From positions 8,424 through 72,423 of the forward strand of contig JALUTT010000108.1 of NCBI GenBank assembly GCA_027021705.1: a DNA stretch of 64,000 nt, in the 5' to 3' direction. The DNA is from Anaerolineae bacterium. GTDB lineage: Bacteria; Chloroflexota; Anaerolineae; S140-20. The notes beneath the pieces are model-generated. The model worked only from the letters and a program-made list of their open reading frames with translations. It did not search any database and was not told the DNA's origin. Below are positions 20,155 through 29,273 of this stretch, one piece after another. Position numbers and translations under genes: made by a program. How positions within the stretch are numbered: the stretch's first letter is position 1; each line of letters opens with the position of its first letter.

Positions 20155-20188
20155 GATTCCAACTTCTTTCTGGAGCGCAGGAGGACGG

Positions 20189-22258
20189 ATGAAGGAGTAC
20201 AAGACAGACCAACTACGCAACGTGGTGCTGCTGGGTCACGGCAGCAGTGGGAAGACCTCCCTCGGCGAAGCGATGCTCTTCAACAGCGGGGCCATCAACC
20301 GGATGGGCCGGGTGGAAGACGGTACGACCGTCTCCGACTACGACGAGGAAGAGATCCGACGTCGCATCTCCCTTAGCCTCTCGCTGCTGCCCTGCGAATG
20401 GAAGGGACACAAGATTAACATCATAGACACACCGGGCTACATGGACTTCGTGGGGGAGGTGAAGAGCGCCACGCGGGTGGCCGACCTAGCCCTCATTTTG
20501 GTGGACGCCGTCGCCGGGGTGGAGGTGGGCACCGAACTGGTCTGGCAGTATGCCGACGAGGTGGGACTGCCTCGCGCAGTCTTTATCAACAAGATGAACC
20601 GGGATAACGCCGACTTCCGCCGCACGCTCCAAGCCCTGGAGCAGGCTTTTGATGCCACCTTCGTCCCCGTCCAGCTCCCCATCGGCAGTCAGGCCGACTT
20701 CCAAGGCGTGGTGGACCTGATCAACGGTCAGGCCCTGCGGGGACCCCAGGCCGAGGCCGGGGAGGTGCCCGCCGATATGGCCGACGAGGTTGAGGAACTC
20801 CGCATCAGCACGATGGAGACAGCCGCCGAAGGGGACGACGAGCTGATCACCAAGTACCTGGAGGGGGAGGAGCTGACCGAGGAAGAGGTGCGCCAAGGGC
20901 TGAAGGCAGCGATGCTGACCGGCGAGGTGGTCCCCGTCTTCTGCGGCGCGGCCACGGAGAACCTGGGCATCATCCCGCTGATGGATGCGCTGATCGCGCT
21001 GGCCCCCTCACCCCGGGAGCGTGGGCCGGTGGTCGCCCAGACGCCGGCCGGTGAGGAGGAGGAGCTCCTCCCCGACGAGGCCGGTCCTCTGGCCGCCCTG
21101 GTCTTCAAGACAGCCGCTGACCCCTACGTGGGCAAGCTGACCTACTTCCGGGTCTATAGCGGGACGATGGTCTCCGACGCCCGCGTCTTCAACAGCCGGG
21201 CCCGGGAGGAGGAGCGGATCGGCCAGCTCTACGTGATGCGCGGGAAGGAGCAGATCCCCGTCGCCCGCCTCTACCCCGGTGACATCGGGGCGGTGGCGAA
21301 GCTGGCTCACACGCTGACGGGGGATACCCTCTGCGACCGGGGTTATCCACTGATCCTGCCGGGCATCACCTTCCCCAGCCCCCTCTACAGCGTGGCCGTC
21401 TACCCCAAGACCAAGAGCGACCAGGCCAAGATGGGGCCCACGTTGACCCGCATCTGCGAGGAGGACCCCACGCTGCGCTGGCACCAGGACCCCAGCACCC
21501 GGGAGACGATCCTCTCCGGGATGGGGGAGGCCCACGTGAACATTGCGGTGCGCCGGATGGCCAACCGCTTTGGCGTCAGCGTCGAGACCCGTCTGCCCAA
21601 GGTCCCCTACCGGGAGACGATCACCCAGGTGGCGCGGGCCCAGTACCGCCACAAGAAGCAGACGGGAGGGGCCGGCCAGTTCGCCGAGGTGCACCTGCGG
21701 GTGGAGCCGCTGCCCCGCGACACCGGCTTCGAGTACGGTTGGGAGGTCTTCGGCGGGGCCATCTCCAGCTCCTTCCAGCCTTCCATCGAGAAGGGCATCA
21801 AGCAGGTGATGGAGCAGGGGGTGATCGCCGGCTACCCGGTGGTGGACATCAAGGCGGTGGTCTACGACGGCAAGGAGCACCCGGTGGACTCCAAGGACAT
21901 CGCCTTCCAGATCGCCGGCCGCGAGGTCTTCAAGCTGGCGGTCCAGCAGGCGGGGCCGGTCCTGCTGGAGCCCATCTACCGCCTAACCATCACCGTGCCG
22001 GAGGAGTTCACCGGCGACGTGATGTCGGACCTGAACACGAAGCGGGCTCGGGTGCAGGGGATGGACCAGCGAGGCGGCAAGAGCATCATCCAAGCCCTGG
22101 CTCCCTTGGCGGAACTGCTCCGCTACGCCACCGACCTCCGCTCCCTGACCCAGGGGCGAGGCGTCTTCACGATGGAGTTCTCCCACTACGAGGAGGTGCC
22201 GGCCCACCTGGCCCAGCAGATCATCGAGCAGGCGAAGCAGGAGAAGGAGAAGGCGTAG
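20189..22258 (+). CDS. fusA: Elongation factor G (stand-alone EF-G2-like paralogue)
   Basis: GHGSSGKT, DTPGYMDF, NKMN, YRETI, KKQTGGAGQF, LRSLTQGRG; not in the rpsL-rpsG-tuf context. Confidence 0.93.
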   Translation: MKEYKTDQLRNVVLLGHGSSGKTSLGEAMLFNSGAINRMGRVEDGTTVSDYDEEEIRRRISLSLSLLPCEWKGHKINIIDTPGYMDFVGEVKSATRVADLALILVDAVAGVEVGTELVWQYADEVGLPRAVFINKMNRDNADFRRTLQALEQAFDATFVPVQLPIGSQADFQGVVDLINGQALRGPQAEAGEVPADMADEVEELRISTMETAAEGDDELITKYLEGEELTEEEVRQGLKAAMLTGEVVPVFCGAATENLGIIPLMDALIALAPSPRERGPVVAQTPAGEEEELLPDEAGPLAALVFKTAADPYVGKLTYFRVYSGTMVSDARVFNSRAREEERIGQLYVMRGKEQIPVARLYPGDIGAVAKLAHTLTGDTLCDRGYPLILPGITFPSPLYSVAVYPKTKSDQAKMGPTLTRICEEDPTLRWHQDPSTRETILSGMGEAHVNIAVRRMANRFGVSVETRLPKVPYRETITQVARAQYRHKKQTGGAGQFAEVHLRVEPLPRDTGFEYGWEVFGGAISSSFQPSIEKGIKQVMEQGVIAGYPVVDIKAVVYDGKEHPVDSKDIAFQIAGREVFKLAVQQAGPVLLEPIYRLTITVPEEFTGDVMSDLNTKRARVQGMDQRGGKSIIQALAPLAELLRYATDLRSLTQGRGVFTMEFSHYEEVPAHLAQQIIEQAKQEKEKA

Positions 22259-22331
22259 CACCAGACCCGTCGGCTCCCTCCCTCCGCCCACATCAGAGAG
22301 CGCATCCGGCGAAAGCCGCCACGCCATCCCT

Positions 22332-22365
22332 GCCCGCCGGCGTCCTCATCGCCGGCGGGCCTTTT
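22332..22365 (+). terminator. Rho-independent terminator after fusA
   Basis: gcccgccggcg-tcctcat-cgccggcgggc followed by ctttt. Confidence 0.7.
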
Positions 22366-22388
22366 GCACAACCGATACGGAGCGGACG

Positions 22389-23138
22389 ATGCGCCCGGTC
22401 CTCTTCTACATCGGTCCCTACCCCGTCTTCTCGTATGGGGTGTTCATTCTCCTGGGGGTGATCACCCTCTACGCTACTGCGTTGTACCCTGCAAGGAGGG
22501 CAGGTTGGGCGTGGGAGGACCTGCTGCCGGTGGCCGCCGGCACGCTGGTGGGGGGGATCTTCGGGGCCCGCATCTCCCACTTCATCGTTGAGCCAAGCCG
22601 GTTCTTCGAGCTCCTAGACTTCTACAGTCTCTTTCGCCCCACCACCCCAGGCAACATCGTCGGCCTGATGGTGGGGGGTTACCTGGGAGGGTTGCTGGTA
22701 CGCCACAGCCTGAAGCTGCCCCCACTGGGGAACGTCTTCGCACCTCCTTTGGCCGCCGCCAGCGTCCTCTGGCGCATCGGCTGCACCTTGGGCGGGTGCT
22801 GCTACGGCAAGGAGACCCGGCTGCCCTGGAGCATCTACCTGGACGGTGCCGACCGCCATCCCACGATGGTCTACGAGGGGCTCTTCAACCTGGTCGCCCT
22901 CTTTGCCCTCCTGCGGCTGCGCCCCCGATTTGGGGACGATGACGACCTGCTGCACCTCTACTTCACCGCCTACGCCTTCTTCCGCTTTTGGCTGGAGTTC
23001 CTGCGGCTCTACCCCCGCATCGCCCTTGGCCTCACCGGCATCCAGTACCTCTGCCTGGTCATCCTGCTCTGGCAGGGGGTGCGGTGGGGGCGCGGGCGGT
23101 ACAGGCCGGGTCGGTGGCGCAAAGCCGTGAGGATCTGA
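22389..23138 (+). CDS. lgt: Prolipoprotein diacylglyceryl transferase family protein
   Basis: SYG, GAR, RIGC..GCCYG, RHPTMVYE, RFWLEFLR. Confidence 0.85.
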   Translation: MRPVLFYIGPYPVFSYGVFILLGVITLYATALYPARRAGWAWEDLLPVAAGTLVGGIFGARISHFIVEPSRFFELLDFYSLFRPTTPGNIVGLMVGGYLGGLLVRHSLKLPPLGNVFAPPLAAASVLWRIGCTLGGCCYGKETRLPWSIYLDGADRHPTMVYEGLFNLVALFALLRLRPRFGDDDDLLHLYFTAYAFFRFWLEFLRLYPRIALGLTGIQYLCLVILLWQGVRWGRGRYRPGRWRKAVRI

Positions 23139-23156
23139 CGCAGAACCTGACGCCGA

Positions 23157-23184
23157 TGAAACCTCTGCCCACCTCGCCCGTCTA
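23157..23184 (+). promoter_or_regulatory. ECF sigma promoter (autoregulatory)
   Basis: TGAAAC-16 bp-CGTCTA. Confidence 0.7.
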
Positions 23185-23199
23185 ACCAGAGAGAGGGTT

Positions 23200-23793
23200 A
23201 TGGCTGACGACGCTGCCATCCTGCAGGCGCTGCGGGCCGGCGATGCGAGCGCCCTGGCCGCGCTCTTCGACACCTACGCCGACCGCCTCTACCGGCTGGC
23301 CCTGGGCTTGCTGCGCAACCCCGACGAGGCCGAGGACGTGGTCCAGGAGACCTTCCTGAAGGCGCTGACCCACCTCGACCGGTTCGAGGGCCGTTCCCGC
23401 CTGAGCACCTGGCTCTACCGGGTGGCCTACAACGCCAGCATAGACCGTCTGCGTCGTCAGGGGGAGAGCGCCCTACCCTCCGACGACCGGGAGACCGAGG
23501 AGGCCGGCGCGGTGCCGCTGCCCCAAGTATTGGTGGAATGGCGCACCCCTGAGGAGATCCTCATTGACGCCGAGGCGCAGGCCGCCCTGGACGAAGCGAT
23601 CCAAGCGCTATCGGAAAGCCTGCGCGTCGTCTTCGTCCTGCGGGACATCGAGGGACTCTCCACCGCCGAGACGGCCCAGGTGCTGGGAATCTCACCGGGC
23701 GCGGTCAAGGTCCGCTTGCACCGCGCCCGGCTCGCCTTGCGGGAACGGCTGGCCCTGCTTTTCGCCGGCCCTCCCGGAGGTCAAGGACGATGA
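23200..23793 (+). CDS. ECF RNA polymerase sigma factor
   Basis: AEDVVQETF, STWLYRVAYN region 2; VKVRLHRAR region 4. Confidence 0.95.
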   Translation: MADDAAILQALRAGDASALAALFDTYADRLYRLALGLLRNPDEAEDVVQETFLKALTHLDRFEGRSRLSTWLYRVAYNASIDRLRRQGESALPSDDRETEEAGAVPLPQVLVEWRTPEEILIDAEAQAALDEAIQALSESLRVVFVLRDIEGLSTAETAQVLGISPGAVKVRLHRARLALRERLALLFAGPPGGQGR

Positions 23794-24053
23794 ACTGTGA
23801 GGAGCTAATCCGCTATCTGTCAGACTACATTGACCGGGAGTTGGACGAGGAACTGCGGGCCGATGCCCAGGAGCACCTGGCCACCTGTCGCAACTGTCGG
23901 GTGGTGCTGGACACGACCCAGCAGATGATCTTCCTCTACCGTCGCACCGGCCGTCGGGCCATCCCCGCCGAGCGGCGAGGCCGGCTCTTCCGGCGCTTGC
24001 AGGAGGCTTTCCAGGGGAGCGGCACTGGGACGACCGCCGATCAAGCGGCCTAG
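23790..24053 (+). CDS. Soluble zinc-binding anti-sigma factor (zf-HC2)
   Basis: MNC...HLATCRNC HxxxCxxC; ATGA overlap with sigma gene; no TM helix. Confidence 0.9.
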   Translation: MNCEELIRYLSDYIDRELDEELRADAQEHLATCRNCRVVLDTTQQMIFLYRRTGRRAIPAERRGRLFRRLQEAFQGSGTGTTADQAA

Positions 24054-24190
24054 CGGCCTAGCGGCCTGGCGGCGGACTCAGGACTGAGGACCAAGGACCA
24101 AACGACCAAGCGACCACCTGACCACCTGACCAAGGAGCAGGCACCAAGGGCTGGGAGGACTGTGGACTGCGGACTGCGGACTGAGGACTC
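24045..24190. repeat. Short 7-8-mer tandem repeats
   Basis: tagcggcc x3, ggaccaa/gaccacct runs, ggactgc/ggactga runs. Confidence 0.75.
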
Positions 24191-24192
24191 CC

Positions 24193-24220
24193 TGTAACTT
24201 TTCGCCCCCTTTCGCGTCTA
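24193..24220 (+). promoter_or_regulatory. Second ECF sigma promoter
   Basis: TGTAAC-16 bp-CGTCTA, same spacing and -10 as 23157-23184. Confidence 0.7.
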
Positions 24221-24270
24221 AAGGGTAGATGTTCAGAAAACCCGCAATGCTGGAAAGGAGGGAACAAGCG

Positions 24271-24474
24271 ATGGGCTTCATCAACGAAGCAGGATGGGAC
24301 CGGATCATTCGGGTGGTGCTGGGAATCATCCTGCTCTACCTGGGGTGGGGAGGCGTGGTCACCGGAGGGTTGGGCCTTGCCCTTAAAATCATCGGCTTCA
24401 TCCCTCTGATCACCGGCTTGATCGGCTGGTGCCCCCTCTACCACCTGCTCAGGTTCAGCACCAAGAAAGCCTGA
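24271..24474 (+). CDS. DUF2892 (YgaP-like) small membrane protein
   Basis: NE..WDR.IR...G and TGLIGWCPLY motifs; aggagg RBS. Confidence 0.88.
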   Translation: MGFINEAGWDRIIRVVLGIILLYLGWGGVVTGGLGLALKIIGFIPLITGLIGWCPLYHLLRFSTKKA

Positions 24475-24683
24475 TGGACCTAACGGGGCCGGCGGACTGC
24501 GGATCCGCCCCGCCCCCTCTGCTCCCGTCGGAGGTGTGATCCGGCAGCCCTGATGGACCGCGAATCCGCCGAGAGCCTGGGAAGGCCGAGCGCTTTAGCA
24601 AGTCCGAGAGCCCTGGCTAGGGGCGGGTGGATCTCCCATCCGCCCCTCTCCGTTACAGGTTCAGAGAGGCGAAGGACGAGGCG

Positions 24684-25205
24684 ATGTCACAGACTCCCTT
24701 TCTCGAACGCCTGCACCACCACGAGCGTCCCGTCGTGGTGGACGTCTGGGCACCCTGGTGCGTCCCCTGTCGAACCATCGAGCCGGCCCTGGACCGGCTG
24801 GCGGAGCGCTACGCCGGTCGGGTGGACCTGTGGCGGGTGAACGCCGATGAGGAGCCGGAGCTGGTCCGCGCCTTGGGGGTGTACGGCGTGCCCACCCTCA
24901 TCAGCTTCCGCCGAGGAGAGGAGATCGCCCGCCGCACCGGTGCCCTGTCGGAGAAAGCCCTGACCGAGCTCTTCGAGGTAGCTCTCTCCGGCCAGGGCCT
25001 GGCCCATCCCCGCCTGATGGCCACCGACCGCACCCTACGGCTGCTGGCGGGAGGGGCGCTCCTGGTCCTGGGCTGGCTGGGCGGTCCTTCCCCTGCCTTG
25101 CTGGTCATCGGGGGGATTGTGCTCTTCAGCGGTGTCTACGACCGCTGCCCCCTGTGGCGGGCCATCGTGCCCCGGCTGGTCACTGCCCTCCGCCAAGAGA
25201 GGTGA
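24684..25205 (+). CDS. Thioredoxin fused to a C-terminal DUF2892-like membrane domain
   Basis: WAPWCVPC, GVPTL; C-terminal DRTLRLLAG...CPLW. Confidence 0.85.
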   Translation: MSQTPFLERLHHHERPVVVDVWAPWCVPCRTIEPALDRLAERYAGRVDLWRVNADEEPELVRALGVYGVPTLISFRRGEEIARRTGALSEKALTELFEVALSGQGLAHPRLMATDRTLRLLAGGALLVLGWLGGPSPALLVIGGIVLFSGVYDRCPLWRAIVPRLVTALRQER

Positions 25206-25206
25206 G

Positions 25207-26061
25207 ATGAGCACCCGTACCCTGCTGGTTGTCTTCGCCCACCCCGACGATGAGTCCTTCGGCACCGGCGGTACCCTGGCCCACTACGCGGCGCAGGGGG
25301 TGCGCGTGGCCCTGGTCTGCGCCACCCGGGGGGAGGCCGGCGAGATCTCCGACCCCGCGCTGGCGACGCCGGAGACCCTGGGCACGGTGCGGGAGGCGGA
25401 GCTCCGCTGCGCCGCCCAGGCCCTGGGCATCGCCGACCTCATCTTCCTGGGGTATCGAGATTCGGGAATGGCCGGGAGTCCCGACAACGAGGACCCCCGC
25501 GCCTTCGTCAACGCCGACGCCGACGAGGTGGTCCGGCGGCTGGTGGGGATCATCCGCCGCCTGCGTCCCCAGGTCGTCATCACCTTCGAGCCCAACGGCG
25601 GGTATGGCCACCCGGACCACATCGCCATCCACCGCCACACGGTGGCCGCCTTCCGCGCCGCTGCTGATCCGGCCCGCTACCCCGACCAGGGCCCTCCCTG
25701 GCAGCCAGCCCGCCTCTTCTACACGGCCATCCCTCGCTCCGTCTTCGTGAGGATGCGAGAGCGGATGGTTGCGCTGGGCCTGGACACCCACGACCTGGAC
25801 CGCATTCTGGAGTGGCGGCGGGGGTGGTCCGACGAGCAGGTCCACGTGGTGCTGGACGTGGCGGGGGTCGTTGAGGCCAAGTGGACGGCCATCCACTGCC
25901 ACCGCACCCAGATCGGTCCCGGTCACCTCTTCCGGCGCCTGCCCGAGGCGGAGATGAAGCGGCTGATGAGCCGGGAGTACTACGAGCTGGCCTGGCCGGC
26001 CCCCACCCCCGGTCAGCGGCTTTCGGACCTCTTCGCCGGGATCGAGGCGGTCAACGAATGA
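25207..26061 (+). CDS. PIG-L family deacetylase (MshB/Mca-like)
   Basis: AHPDDE, TRGEAG, YRDSGM, GGYGHPDH, HRTQ. Confidence 0.9.
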   Translation: MSTRTLLVVFAHPDDESFGTGGTLAHYAAQGVRVALVCATRGEAGEISDPALATPETLGTVREAELRCAAQALGIADLIFLGYRDSGMAGSPDNEDPRAFVNADADEVVRRLVGIIRRLRPQVVITFEPNGGYGHPDHIAIHRHTVAAFRAAADPARYPDQGPPWQPARLFYTAIPRSVFVRMRERMVALGLDTHDLDRILEWRRGWSDEQVHVVLDVAGVVEAKWTAIHCHRTQIGPGHLFRRLPEAEMKRLMSREYYELAWPAPTPGQRLSDLFAGIEAVNE

Positions 26062-26125
26062 GGGGGGGATTGTGCTCCACAATCCGTTGATCCGTTGAAC
26101 CCTTGTTGACCGAGAGATTAAGAGC

Positions 26126-26839
26126 CTACACCAGGGGCCAGGGGACACGACGACCGGGGCCGGGATGGGGGAAAGTGCGCTGTTGCAGCAGGTGCCGAAT
26201 GCGGTGCCGGAAGGCTCGCACCTCCGGCCCGGCGAGCAGTGAGGAAAGAGCCTCCGCGAGGGGCGTCGGGGCGGCCAGGGCCTCTTCCAGCCGGCTCAGG
26301 TCCTCCAGGATGGGCTCGGGGATGGGCTGGCCGGCGAAGTCCCAGATCACCGTGCGCAGCTTGTACTGGGCGTGGAAGGTCACCCCGTGGTCAATCACCC
26401 AGATGTGGTCCTGCCGATCCCGCAGGACGTGGCCTGACTTGCGATCGGCGTTGTTGATCACGTAGTCGAAGACGGCGATGCGCCGGAACTGGGGGACGAA
26501 GCGGCCTCGCATCGTGAAGTAGTGCTCCTCTGGGTCCGCCTCCACGTAGAGCTGCACCATCCCGAAGCCGTGGGGACCGTCGCGCAGCACCGTAGGCGGG
26601 ACCAAGGACCAACCCAAAGCCTCGCTGACCAGAAAGGCCGCGTATTCGCGCAGACAGAGGGTGCCTTGGGGGAAGTCCCACAGAGGGGTTTCCCCGGCCC
26701 TGGGCTTGTAGACGGCCAGGCTCTCCAGAGCCTCGTCCTTCAGATGGACCAGGAAGGTGTAGTTGGAGCTCCAGGGCAGCAGCCCGCGCACCTCGATGGC
26801 AGCCTTTTCGAGCAACCGGAGGAGACGCTCCTTCTCCAC
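26126..26839 (-). CDS. SCO1664-family PI3/PI4-kinase-like protein
   Basis: SNYTFL, VYKP..GE.PLWDFP.GTL..RE, NNADRKSGH, IDHG. Confidence 0.88.
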   Translation of the reverse strand: MEKERLLRLLEKAAIEVRGLLPWSSNYTFLVHLKDEALESLAVYKPRAGETPLWDFPQGTLCLREYAAFLVSEALGWSLVPPTVLRDGPHGFGMVQLYVEADPEEHYFTMRGRFVPQFRRIAVFDYVINNADRKSGHVLRDRQDHIWVIDHGVTFHAQYKLRTVIWDFAGQPIPEPILEDLSRLEEALAAPTPLAEALSSLLAGPEVRAFRHRIRHLLQQRTFPHPGPGRRVPWPLV

Positions 26840-26856
26840 AGGCCTCTGGGATCCAG

Positions 26857-26972
26857 CGCTCTAACCCTTGGGGAGAACCCTCCCGCAGGTCCCCTCCACA
26901 GCCCGGAGCACGTCGTAGGCAGCCTTCGATATCCTATGGCGGTCGCCTGGCGCCGCGAGACCTGCGGGAGGG
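26857..26972. repeat. MITE/REP-like element with terminal inverted repeats, copy 1
   Basis: 14-bp perfect IR ccctcccgcaggtc (26878) / gacctgcgggaggg (26959); homologous to 29553-29666. Confidence 0.8.
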
Positions 26973-26980
26973 ATTGGAAA

Positions 26981-27499
26981 CTACCTCTGCCGGCCGTTCT
27001 TGCGAGGGCAGAAGTGGCCTTCGGGATTGTCGAGATCCATCGGTTCGCCGCAGAGGGGACAGATGGGCCGACCGGCGGCCACGACCTGCAGGGCGTGCTC
27101 GCTTAGCGCCCCCATCTGGCGGCGGGTGGCCCAAAAGCGGGCCACCGCAGCCATCTCCTCCTCTCCCTCTCCCGTCAGCTCCTGAGCGACCACAACCAGC
27201 AGGTCCTCTGTGTCATCGTAGCCGAGCCCCAGTTGGCCCACCCGGAAAGCGGGGATGAGGGGCTCTTTCAGTTCCAGGTCCACCTCTGTCGCCTCCAGAT
27301 CAGAGAGGTCCTCGCCCAACTGCTCCAGAAGCTGGCGGACGGCGATGGCGAGTGCGTAGGCGTGCTCTTTCTCGATGATCAGGCTGACGAGGGTAAGCCC
27401 CTGGCTAGCTTGAAGGAAGAAGGTCCGCCGACCCGGCGGGCCTACAGTGTCAATGGTAATATGGGTGACAGGGTTCAGGTCGTACTGGAGATAGGGCAT
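26981..27499 (-). CDS. DUF3090 family protein
   Basis: GPPGRRTFFLQA, EK, FRVG...LGYD, AGRPICPLCG...GHFCPRKNG. Confidence 0.88.
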   Translation of the reverse strand: MPYLQYDLNPVTHITIDTVGPPGRRTFFLQASQGLTLVSLIIEKEHAYALAIAVRQLLEQLGEDLSDLEATEVDLELKEPLIPAFRVGQLGLGYDDTEDLLVVVAQELTGEGEEEMAAVARFWATRRQMGALSEHALQVVAAGRPICPLCGEPMDLDNPEGHFCPRKNGRQR

Positions 27500-27502
27500 A
27501 GG

Positions 27503-28180
27503 TCACTCGTCCCCTTCCCGCGAATCAGGAGGCTCCCGCTCCTCTCCCCCTTGATCCCTTCTCGGCCGGCCGGGGATGGGCAGGGAGCCATCGTCATTGA
27601 GGCGGAGCAGGCGAGGGCCCATCGTGCCGAAAGTGATCACGGTCACCGAGGCAGGGCTGATCACCAACCGTTGGAAGAGGTCCAGGGGGAGACCGATGAA
27701 ATGGGCCACGGCCGCCTTAATCACGTCGCTGTGGGAGACCACGGCGACGATTTCCTCTTGGGCCGGGTGGACCTGTAGGAGGGTCTCCAGGCCGGCAACC
27801 ACCCGGCTCTGCATCTCGCGCACGCTCTCACCGCCGGGGAAGCGGACTCCGCTGGGGTAGAACTGGATCGCCTGCCATAGCTCACTCTTGGAGAGGCTCT
27901 CCAAGCTCTCCCCCTCCAGAGCGCCGAAGCGCACCTCCCCCACGGCTTCGAGGATGCGCACGGTCAGTCCCTGGAGGCGAGCAATGGCCTCCGCCGTCTC
28001 CACCGCCCGCTCCAGAGGGCTGGAGTAGATGGCCGTCAGCGGCACATCGGCCAGCCGCCGGGCCAGGGCGGCGGCCTGTCGTCGCCCCTCCTCGTTCAGG
28101 GATACGCCCGGGGTCCAGCCGGCCAGCCGCTTCCCCACCCAGTCGTTGGTCGCGTGGCGGATCAAGAACAGCGTCGCCAT
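27503..28180 (-). CDS. Histidine phosphatase (MSMEG_4193-like phosphomutase)
   Basis: LIRHA, SSPLERA.ETA, FPGGES, VSHSDVIK, DLFQRL. Confidence 0.9.
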   Translation of the reverse strand: MATLFLIRHATNDWVGKRLAGWTPGVSLNEEGRRQAAALARRLADVPLTAIYSSPLERAVETAEAIARLQGLTVRILEAVGEVRFGALEGESLESLSKSELWQAIQFYPSGVRFPGGESVREMQSRVVAGLETLLQVHPAQEEIVAVVSHSDVIKAAVAHFIGLPLDLFQRLVISPASVTVITFGTMGPRLLRLNDDGSLPIPGRPRRDQGGEEREPPDSREGDE

Positions 28181-28181
28181 C

Positions 28182-29273
28182 TCACTCCCATATCCCTGCG
28201 ATGGCGGTCTGACAGGATGGGCACCGCCCCTCCGGCGTCACCCGGTTCTCCAGGACGTAGAAGCCGTAGCGTCGGATCAGCGTCTCGTGGCATTGAGGAC
28301 AACGGGTGTCCTCGTAAGGCCCGACGCGACCTGGGAGGTTGCCTGCGTAGACGTAGCGTAACCCCTCTTCGTAGCCGATCTCGGCGGCCCGGATCAACGC
28401 CTGAGCCGGAGTGTTGTCCGGGTCGGTCATCTTATAGTCCTTGTGGAAGGCGGTCACGTGCCAGGGGATGTCGGGCGAGACGCTGGCGATGAAGCGGGCC
28501 GCCTCCCGCAGCTCGGCCTCCGAATCGTTGAAGCCGGGCACGATGAGGGTGACGACCTCCACCCAGAAGCCCATCTCAAAGGTCCAGCGGATCGTGTTCA
28601 GGACGTGGTCGAGCACACCGCCCAGCTTCCGATAGTTGCGGTCGTCCATCGTCTTGAGGTCAATCTTGTAGCCATCGGTCCAGGGGCGCAAGTAGTCCAG
28701 CACCTCTGGCGTGGCGTTGCCGTTAGAGACGTAGGCACAGCGTAGCCCCTGCCGGCGGGCTAGACGGAAGATCTCGACGGCCCACTCAGAGGTGATGAGA
28801 GGTTCATTGTAGGAACTGACGACGAGGCGAGCGCCGTGGTGGGTGGCCAGAGCGACGAGGGCTTCGGCAGTGATCTCGGTGGGAGTAACGCCGGCAGCCG
28901 GGTCCCGCAGGGCCTGGGAGGTCAGCCAGTTCTGGCAGTAACTACAGTGCAAGTCGCAGCCCAGCATCCCAAAGGTCAGGGCATCAGAGCCGGGAAGCAG
29001 GTGGAAGAAGGGCTTCTTCTCGGTGGGGTCCACCTGAAGCCCGGCGACGTATCCGTAGGGCACGTAGAGGACCCCATCCCGGTTGAAACGAACCTGGCAG
29101 ATCCCCCGGCGTCCTGGCCGGATCAGGCAGCGGTGGCCGCAGGCGTAGCAACGTACAGCACCATCCTCGCACCTCTCGTAGAGCTCGCCGGGCCTGCTCA
29201 GTCGGTCCAGCCGTTCGGCGAGGGGGAGGTCCTGGGATGGCGCACGGGAGGTCAATACTCGGATCATCGGCAC
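28182..29273 (-). CDS. amrS: AmmeMemoRadiSam system radical SAM enzyme
   Basis: N-terminal CYACGHRC...GICQVR, DPTEKKP, CDLHCSYC (CxxxCxxC), YNEP, C-terminal CPQC/CPSC. Confidence 0.9.
   Translation of the reverse strand: MPMIRVLTSRAPSQDLPLAERLDRLSRPGELYERCEDGAVRCYACGHRCLIRPGRRGICQVRFNRDGVLYVPYGYVAGLQVDPTEKKPFFHLLPGSDALTFGMLGCDLHCSYCQNWLTSQALRDPAAGVTPTEITAEALVALATHHGARLVVSSYNEPLITSEWAVEIFRLARRQGLRCAYVSNGNATPEVLDYLRPWTDGYKIDLKTMDDRNYRKLGGVLDHVLNTIRWTFEMGFWVEVVTLIVPGFNDSEAELREAARFIASVSPDIPWHVTAFHKDYKMTDPDNTPAQALIRAAEIGYEEGLRYVYAGNLPGRVGPYEDTRCPQCHETLIRRYGFYVLENRVTPEGRCPSCQTAIAGIWE

Noticed and set aside
19454..20212. Minus-strand ORFs of 252 and 156 aa in the intergenic region
   Set aside because: No recognisable motifs, atypical composition, and they overlap the fusA promoter
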